Shown here piece after piece: positions 57,778 to 64,000 of a stretch of 64,000 bases of DNA. The translations under genes and the position numbers were made by a program. Position 1 is the first letter of the stretch. Every line of letters begins with the position of its first letter. Under the pieces are notes generated by a model. The model had not been told where the DNA came from and ran no database searches. It saw nothing but the letters and a program-made list of their open reading frames with translations. The DNA comes from Piromyces finnis finn (taxonomy: Eukaryota; Fungi; Neocallimastigomycota): NCBI GenBank assembly GCA_002104945.1, contig MCFH01000006.1, forward strand, positions 1 to 64,000. Direction: 5' to 3'.

Positions 57778-60700
57778 TTACGCAAAAGCAGAGTTAAACT
57801 TTACAATGTTCTTAAGATGAACATTTCGGTTCATCTGAATTCCAGTGGATATATCAGCTAAAGTAACCGTATTGAATTGTTTCTTGACAACTTTGAGTGG
57901 TCCAACGAAATAAGGCTCTAACTTCGTTCGATTAAAATTTCTAACTAATACTAGATCACCGATATGGATATTTTTGCCCTTAGTCATACTTTGTTTTTCT
58001 TCCCTTCTAGTAGCCCAGTATTTATTCGCATTTTTAATATTTTCACAAGCTTCCAACGTCCACCTGTAATGATTAATAAACTTCTCAAGTAAGATTTCAT
58101 CCGAAGACTGATTAATACCCTTAGTAGGTCTGGCGGCAATATCAAAGGGTTGCTGATCTTCTCTTCCATAAACCAATTCAAAGCTAGAATGGTTTGTGAC
58201 AGTATTTTTAGTAGTTCTGAGCGCCCAAAGAGCAGAAGGCAAAACTTCATCCCAATCCTTGTTTTCTGTTCCAAGCAGTCTTAGAAGCTTTCCAATTTCT
58301 CTGTTTCTATTTTCAGTCAAACCATTACTTTCAGGATGATAAGTTGAGACAAACTTGACATAGACATCATATAAGTCCAGGAAAACTTTGGTCATATCTG
58401 AGGTAAATTGGACACCGTTATCGGTTGTAATGACTTGTGGTACTCCATGCCGAGAGAAAACATTGATTAAAAATTTTATGACATCCTTTGAAGTGATATT
58501 TTCGGTGGGTTCTGCTTCGACCCATTTTGTGAAATGATCCACTGCAACTATAATATATTGGTTATTGTTACGAGTTTTTACCAATGGACCAATGATATCT
58601 AAACCCAGATGAGTGAAAGGAGCTTCAACCTCAGTTGGAAGATTTTCCGTAGGTTCTGGATATGGTTGAGGGCGATTAAGTTGGCATTTTTCACATTTGG
58701 CTACAACTCTTCGAATATCATTAACCATGTCGTTCCAATAATAGCTTTTTCTCAGACGTTGATAAGTTTTATAATATCCTTCATGTCCAATGTTATGAGC
58801 TTCCAAAATCAATTTCAGCTTTTCATTGGTTTCCGTGATCAGTTTTCGATAATTCCTTCCATCAATAAAGTAATCCACCCCATCTATTTTGGTGAACTTT
58901 TCTTCAACAAATTCTTTAATTACCTTAGATAGCATGGTTTCTTCTATACCTTTATTAATTTTAGTAGCTAACACTTCCTTATCTTTGTCATTTCTCATTC
59001 GAGACAGTGCATCTGCTACAACATTCTTTTTACCTTGTTCATAACGAATATCAACTCCTAGCATACTAGCTGTTAAACACCATCTTGTTTGTCTTGCATT
59101 GTTTGGCTCCTTATTTTTAAATAATCCAATTAATGGTTTATGATCAGTATAGACGATAGTCTTGAATGGACTTCCCATTATATAAGGCTTTAATTTAGTA
59201 ATGCAGTAAAATAAGGCAGTCCCTTCCAAGTCAGTAATTCCATAATTTTTTTCTGCTTTCGTCAGACTTCGGCTAATATAATGAATTGGATGTTCAATAT
59301 CTGTGCCTTCCTTTTGTAATAATACTCCTCCGATTCCTTCATACGATGCATCTGTTCGGATTATAAATTCTTTCTCAAAATCAGGGAATTTCAGAATAGG
59401 CGCATTAATTAACTTTTCTTTCAATATAATAAAACTCTCTTGTTGTTCATTACACCATTTGAAAGGAACACCTTTTCTAAGCAGCTTACACAAGGGAGCA
59501 GTAAGTTTAGCATAATTAGGAATAAAATCTCTATAATATCCAATTGAACCTAGGAATGATCTTAATTCATGGATATTCGAAGGAGGTTTCCAATTTTTTA
59601 TAGCTTGGATTTTGTTATCTAATGGTTTAAGACCTTCTGTAGTTAAACGATGGCCTAACACGTCAACTTCAGTTTGCATAAAATGACATTTTTCAATATT
59701 GATTTTTAGTTTGTTTTCCCGGAAAATTGCTAAAACTTGATTTATATGTTCAATATGTTCTTCAATACTCTTTGAATAGATCAGAATATCATCAATGAAG
59801 TTATAAACACACTTTCCAATTAACGGAAACAGAATCCGATTCATCTCCCTCTGAAATGTAGCGGGTGCTCCAGTGAGACCAAAAGGCATAACCTTGAATT
59901 GGTAATTTCCAAACTTAGTTGTAAAACTTGTCAATTCAACGCTTTCTTCATCCATAAGGATTTGATGATAGCCGGAATATAAGTCCATAGTAGTGAATAT
60001 AGTTGCACCATGTAAACTATCAAATATCTCATCTATAAAAGGAATTGAATAGGCATCCTTTTCAGACAAATCATTAACTCTTCGATAGTCCACGCACATT
60101 CTCCATTTCCCATTATGCTTCGGGACCAAAACCACCGGAGAAGACCATTCCGAGTACGATGGCTCAATTAGCTTTTTATTAATCAATTTAGACAATTCTT
60201 CCTTAAGTATATCAGATTTGAACTTGGCTAACCTATATGATCTTTGTTTAATTGGCTTTGCTCCTGGCTTTAAATTAATCTTATGGGGAGTTAAATTCGA
60301 AGGTGTTAGTTCTTCAGAAGAAGTAGCAATAATTTCAATATTCTCTTCCAATATCCGAACAATTTGTTCTCGATACTTTTCATTAAGAGTCTCAGTAAAA
60401 TTTTTATTGTGAATATATTCTGAAGGTGGTAAACCTTCAATATTTTTCAAATCACTTTTAAAATCTTCATCACCGACTCTACGTATCATACACATAATCT
60501 TTTCTTCATCATCATATTTGTTATTAATTGGAGCAATATCTTCAATAAATCCATTTGAATTAAATCTGCAAAGACTATAGCGAAGTGGGTGGATAAATAA
60601 GTTGTTATCCATTTGGGTTTTCAAATTAATTAACATATCATAAAAGGGGTCTTCTTTATCCACCACTCTAAAATCAGCAGTGATTGTAAGATCATTTATC

Positions 60701-61764
60701 TGGACCGGTACTCTAATAATTATACCTTCCGAATAGTCATCATTTTTAGTAGCTAAACGTATTCTTCCACAACTCAATCCAATAGATTCATATTGATGGG
60801 GAAGTTTATCTAAATATTTTTTTGTTATAATACTTAAGTTGCTACAGGAATCAACTAATAATTTACCTGGTACCCCATCAACCGTTGCATCTACCATAGC
60901 GATATCTTCTTCTGATACTTCTTTACTTTTGCTTACATACAAATGATCTACATTATTTACTAATACCGAAGTAGCATTAAAATTCTCCAGAGCTCCCACA
61001 ATTTTTGTGTTGTTCTTTTCCAGTTTAAGACCTTGTGACACTTGCGTTCGTAACTTTGGAGCCGAGTTAAGTAATTGACCAAAAGTAATATTGCATTTTG
61101 TTTCGTTAAGATCTTTAACTACATTATATTCTTCCGTATCTGCTATCATTTGAATATTTCTAGCAGTTTTCTTAACCTTCGATTCTGCAGGTTTTTCTTT
61201 CTTTTGCTCTTTCATTAATTTATTTAGAGTTGAATTAGAAGTAGATTTGGTTGATTCACTTGTGTTATCTTTCTCTACCACCTTAGCACCTTTCTTATCT
61301 GTAATTGCAGACAACATTTCTTCTTCATCATAGTCGATAATAATAGGATCTTCATTAGAACTTGCCAATTCATTCTTTTCTTCTTCCTTTTGTTCACTAC
61401 TACTAGCACGCTCTTTATCCCGAAGTTTTCTTTCTTTTAGTTTTTGTTCTCTGATATTCGGTTGAGCAATAATAGAAGGATGCAGTTGCTTAGGAGAAAC
61501 ATCTATTGGTATATTTTCTAATTCTTGTGCTTTACGTTTCCTAAGAGCAGGTGTAAGAATAGGTCTAGGATCATTTTTCAAGTTTTTGTGAAGTCGTTTT
61601 TCTTTATTACCATCTTGTTCTTTGCTTATTTTATCCAACTTCCTTTTATTAGCACATACAAAGAACTGTTCATTAATATCAGTATCTTCAAAGTCACTTT
61701 CGATTTCTTCATCATATTCTTCTTTCGACCAATCACTCTGGCTTGTTGTTTCTTCACTTGGCAT
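57778..61764 (-). CDS. pol: Gypsy Pol (aspartic protease, RT, RNase H, integrase); frame open to 61836
   Basis: LLVDSCS, WRMCVDYR, MPFGL, FIDDILI, TDASYEGIG, YTDHKPL, ADALSR, HHCC zinc finger, D-D-E integrase and a GPY/F-like tail. No chromodomain. Confidence 0.95.
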   Translation of the reverse strand: MPSEETTSQSDWSKEEYDEEIESDFEDTDINEQFFVCANKRKLDKISKEQDGNKEKRLHKNLKNDPRPILTPALRKRKAQELENIPIDVSPKQLHPSIIAQPNIREQKLKERKLRDKERASSSEQKEEEKNELASSNEDPIIIDYDEEEMLSAITDKKGAKVVEKDNTSESTKSTSNSTLNKLMKEQKKEKPAESKVKKTARNIQMIADTEEYNVVKDLNETKCNITFGQLLNSAPKLRTQVSQGLKLEKNNTKIVGALENFNATSVLVNNVDHLYVSKSKEVSEEDIAMVDATVDGVPGKLLVDSCSNLSIITKKYLDKLPHQYESIGLSCGRIRLATKNDDYSEGIIIRVPVQINDLTITADFRVVDKEDPFYDMLINLKTQMDNNLFIHPLRYSLCRFNSNGFIEDIAPINNKYDDEEKIMCMIRRVGDEDFKSDLKNIEGLPPSEYIHNKNFTETLNEKYREQIVRILEENIEIIATSSEELTPSNLTPHKINLKPGAKPIKQRSYRLAKFKSDILKEELSKLINKKLIEPSYSEWSSPVVLVPKHNGKWRMCVDYRRVNDLSEKDAYSIPFIDEIFDSLHGATIFTTMDLYSGYHQILMDEESVELTSFTTKFGNYQFKVMPFGLTGAPATFQREMNRILFPLIGKCVYNFIDDILIYSKSIEEHIEHINQVLAIFRENKLKINIEKCHFMQTEVDVLGHRLTTEGLKPLDNKIQAIKNWKPPSNIHELRSFLGSIGYYRDFIPNYAKLTAPLCKLLRKGVPFKWCNEQQESFIILKEKLINAPILKFPDFEKEFIIRTDASYEGIGGVLLQKEGTDIEHPIHYISRSLTKAEKNYGITDLEGTALFYCITKLKPYIMGSPFKTIVYTDHKPLIGLFKNKEPNNARQTRWCLTASMLGVDIRYEQGKKNVVADALSRMRNDKDKEVLATKINKGIEETMLSKVIKEFVEEKFTKIDGVDYFIDGRNYRKLITETNEKLKLILEAHNIGHEGYYKTYQRLRKSYYWNDMVNDIRRVVAKCEKCQLNRPQPYPEPTENLPTEVEAPFTHLGLDIIGPLVKTRNNNQYIIVAVDHFTKWVEAEPTENITSKDVIKFLINVFSRHGVPQVITTDNGVQFTSDMTKVFLDLYDVYVKFVSTYHPESNGLTENRNREIGKLLRLLGTENKDWDEVLPSALWALRTTKNTVTNHSSFELVYGREDQQPFDIAARPTKGINQSSDEILLEKFINHYRWTLEACENIKNANKYWATRREEKQSMTKGKNIHIGDLVLVRNFNRTKLEPYFVGPLKVVKKQFNTVTLADISTGIQMNRNVHLKNIVKFNSAFA

Positions 61765-61780
61765 TGACTGATACTGAGCT

Positions 61781-61833
61781 GAAGCTATTTTATTGACGAT
61801 GGGAGTGCTTCTTCTCCCACTTAATGATTTAAA
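61781..61833 (-). promoter_or_regulatory. -1 programmed ribosomal frameshift signal (U UUA AAU, 6-nt spacer, H-type pseudoknot)
   Basis: The heptamer is in gag phase and pol lies in the -1 frame. Stem GUGGGAG/CUCCCAU has loop GAAGC complementary to downstream GCUUC. Confidence 0.75.
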
Positions 61834-62702
61834 TGATTATCATAATAACGCTTCTTGTTTCCTTCAATAATGGCTTGAAGTTTTGGGCAATTTTGTTGAT
61901 AATGACCAGGTTCACTACAGAAGAAACAAGCTTTAATAGTTAAATTTTTCATTTTCTTGACTAGGTTATTCATTTCATCATCTTTATTAGGCTTTTTGGC
62001 TTCAGTAAAAGAAACTTTTCTCTTGTATGGTTGAAAATTATTATAACTTTTGGTTATTGCAGTAGTCGTTGGTAGATTACCATCATTATCTATTCTAGTA
62101 GATAACCTATCTACCTTCTCAGCTATCTTAAAGGCCTTTTCTAGAGTGATATCATCTTTTAAAGATACTTTTCTCCATGCTTCTTTATTATTTTGTAAAG
62201 AATCTGCATAATCTAACACACTAATCTGCTTCTTCTTTTTCTTATCCAACTTTAAATATAAAGATCTATATCTTCTATTGAAATCTTTAACTGATTCATT
62301 TCTTCTTATACGTAGTCTTCTTAGTTCCCGTAATAACATACTTTGATCTTCTTTTAACCCATAAAATGTTTCAAGGGCATTGATAATTTTCCCAAGTGAG
62401 GGATAATCTTCTTCATTAGATTCATTTTTCTGATTCTCTTCTTCATTTTCACTTTCATATTCATCTTCACTATCACTGTCTTTATCTTCCAACTCTTGGA
62501 TTACCTTTCTTGGTTCACCCTTAGAAGTAAGCACACATGCCATGTAAATTTTCTTGGCACTAGTGATATCTTGAAGTTCAATCCATAAACTTATTTCAGA
62601 AGCCCAGGATCTTATGTCCAAATTATCTTTGGAAAGTTTTTCTATATCCTTGAGTTCCTTCTTCAACTCCTTGAAATCTATCCTTGTAGTAGAATTGCTC
62701 AT
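61821..62702 (-). CDS. gag: Gypsy Gag with C-terminal CCHC zinc knuckle
   Basis: Likely ATG at 62702 (MSNSTTRIDF). The ORF track start at 62762 is a TTG. Knuckle CFFCSEPGHYQQNC. Confidence 0.9.
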   Translation of the reverse strand: MSNSTTRIDFKELKKELKDIEKLSKDNLDIRSWASEISLWIELQDITSAKKIYMACVLTSKGEPRKVIQELEDKDSDSEDEYESENEEENQKNESNEEDYPSLGKIINALETFYGLKEDQSMLLRELRRLRIRRNESVKDFNRRYRSLYLKLDKKKKKQISVLDYADSLQNNKEAWRKVSLKDDITLEKAFKIAEKVDRLSTRIDNDGNLPTTTAITKSYNNFQPYKRKVSFTEAKKPNKDDEMNNLVKKMKNLTIKACFFCSEPGHYQQNCPKLQAIIEGNKKRYYDNHLNH

Positions 62703-62797
62703 TTTCTTGTATTTTCCTTGACCGAATTTATTGCAGTACAAGATGACACAGTATAGACTCAAAAATACCTTTGATAGTCTAAAAAAAAATTATAAGT

Positions 62798-62862
62798 TCG
62801 AAATTCCTTTATCGACCACTTATTAGTTGTAACCAAGCTCGAAATTCCTTTATCGACCACTT
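62798..62862 (-). promoter_or_regulatory. Duplicated primer-binding-site-like motif (TGGTCGATAAAGGAATTTCGA)
   Basis: 24-bp exact direct repeat at 62798-62821 and 62839-62862. Its complement resembles a tRNA 3' end (GTTCGAA...TTTATCG-A-CCA). Confidence 0.55.
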
Positions 62863-63332
62863 GACAGAATGAGATACAAATAATCTAGCACAGCACGTAC
62901 TACCAATTATTTATTTAAATTTTTAGTATCACTCCTTACTATCTTAGTTCAGTCAGAAAAGATGAAATTATTACTTTTGTTTTCTGTTTTTCTTATAGTT
63001 AATTATTATTTGTTTTCAATTTACTAGCAAGAATTTTAATTTAATATTGTTATTACTGATTCAAGTTACCGACCAAATTATATATAATAGACTATTAACT
63101 AAGAGTCTTTCGTCCAATGGTAAATGTTGCCGTCACCTTATTCACACGATCTAAGTTCCGTCACGTGCTTCAGGATCTTTCTACCACCCCTAGTATACCT
63201 CTGTTGATTAGTTAATAAGGCTTGTCTATGCTGATATAACTTGTTTAACTTAAAACAGTAAGAAAAGAATATTTCAATTAGCAATATTAAATTACTCGAA
63301 GAGAATCAACAAAAAGAATAGATATATATATC

Positions 63333-63336
<4 letters not shown>

Positions 63337-63375
<39 letters not shown>

Positions 63376-64000
63376 AATTATTATTTAAAAACTTATTTCT
63401 TTTTATAAAAATATAGGCCAACCTATATAATGTTAAACCATCAAGTATTATAGGTTGTGTAATTCTAAGTGAAAATCCCTCGTAGCTCTTTGATGATAAG
63501 CCACAAATATACCCGATGGTTAATATTAAATATAATTTAATAAAAGGAAGTAACGTAATTAATTTCTTTATTATCACTAACTTAATTAGCGGAAAGAAAA
63601 TAATTGATTATCTTCCCCAATTATCAGATATAATTGAACACCAAAGTATTACGTACAGCAGTTTAACTTGCCACGCTAAGGGTCACTTTCGAATTATTTA
63701 TTTATATTTTAAAAAGAATAATTTTTAAAAATCGTTCAATTAAAAAAAAAAAAATATTTTTTTTTTTTTTTTTTAAAAAAATTATAAATACTAAAATAAT
63801 ATTTAATTTATTAAAAATTTGAATTACAATAATAAGTATAGTAGAACAGCATTTCACAGCAATTTTCCAATACTTATTTAGGGTGCTTAAGTAGTTCACA
63901 ATTGCCCAGCTTACCGTATTACCAGTGTCATGTAGCAATTATGCGAGGCACTTCTATTTCTCTAGCAAAATAGAAAGGTTCAGCGCTTTCCAGTATCCTA
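63337..64000 (-). mobile_element. Possible further poly(A)-tailed retroposed element, running out of the window
   Basis: 35-nt T-tract at 63337-63371 followed by sequence more complex than local intergenic DNA. No diagnostic domain is visible. Confidence 0.25.

Larger units (their letters stand above)
57048..62862 (-). mobile_element. Ty3/Gypsy LTR retrotransposon with intact gag and pol; 5' boundary unresolved
   Basis: Domain order PR-RT-RNaseH-IN, with an upstream CCHC gag. Confidence 0.93.

Overview
Extremely AT-rich, intron-rich eukaryotic DNA. It is most likely from an anaerobic gut fungus (Neocallimastigomycota); this is inferred from base composition, a CBM1-CE4 enzyme with a W(N)n linker and a basal-body gene, SSNA1. 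The core (7.7-49.3 kb) holds host genes: SPT8, a Cys-rich membrane ORF, ARP4, a PHD+PEHE-like protein, ATG8, SSNA1, ALG2, VPS24, a three-HMG-box gene, a small spliced ORF and a CBM1-CE4 deacetylase, plus long (AAT)n microsatellites. Retroelements fill both ends. At 1-7.4 kb is a head-to-tail stack of poly(A)-tailed LINE copies from two related families. At 50.65-55.96 kb is an apparently full-length but disabled LINE of the first family, with a candidate 10-bp TSD, a hairpin-rich 5' leader, an RRM-like N-terminus and an internal 377-bp inversion. At 57.0-62.9 kb is a Ty3/Gypsy element with intact gag and pol, joined by a slippery site and predicted pseudoknot. The most notable observations are an in-frame TAG at the conserved Trp of HMG box 2, the structured LINE leader, the LINE stacking and inversion junctions, and a fungal PHD-PEHE protein. 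All assignments come from reading the sequence and recalling motifs. No searches were run, and spliced-gene boundaries were placed by eye.
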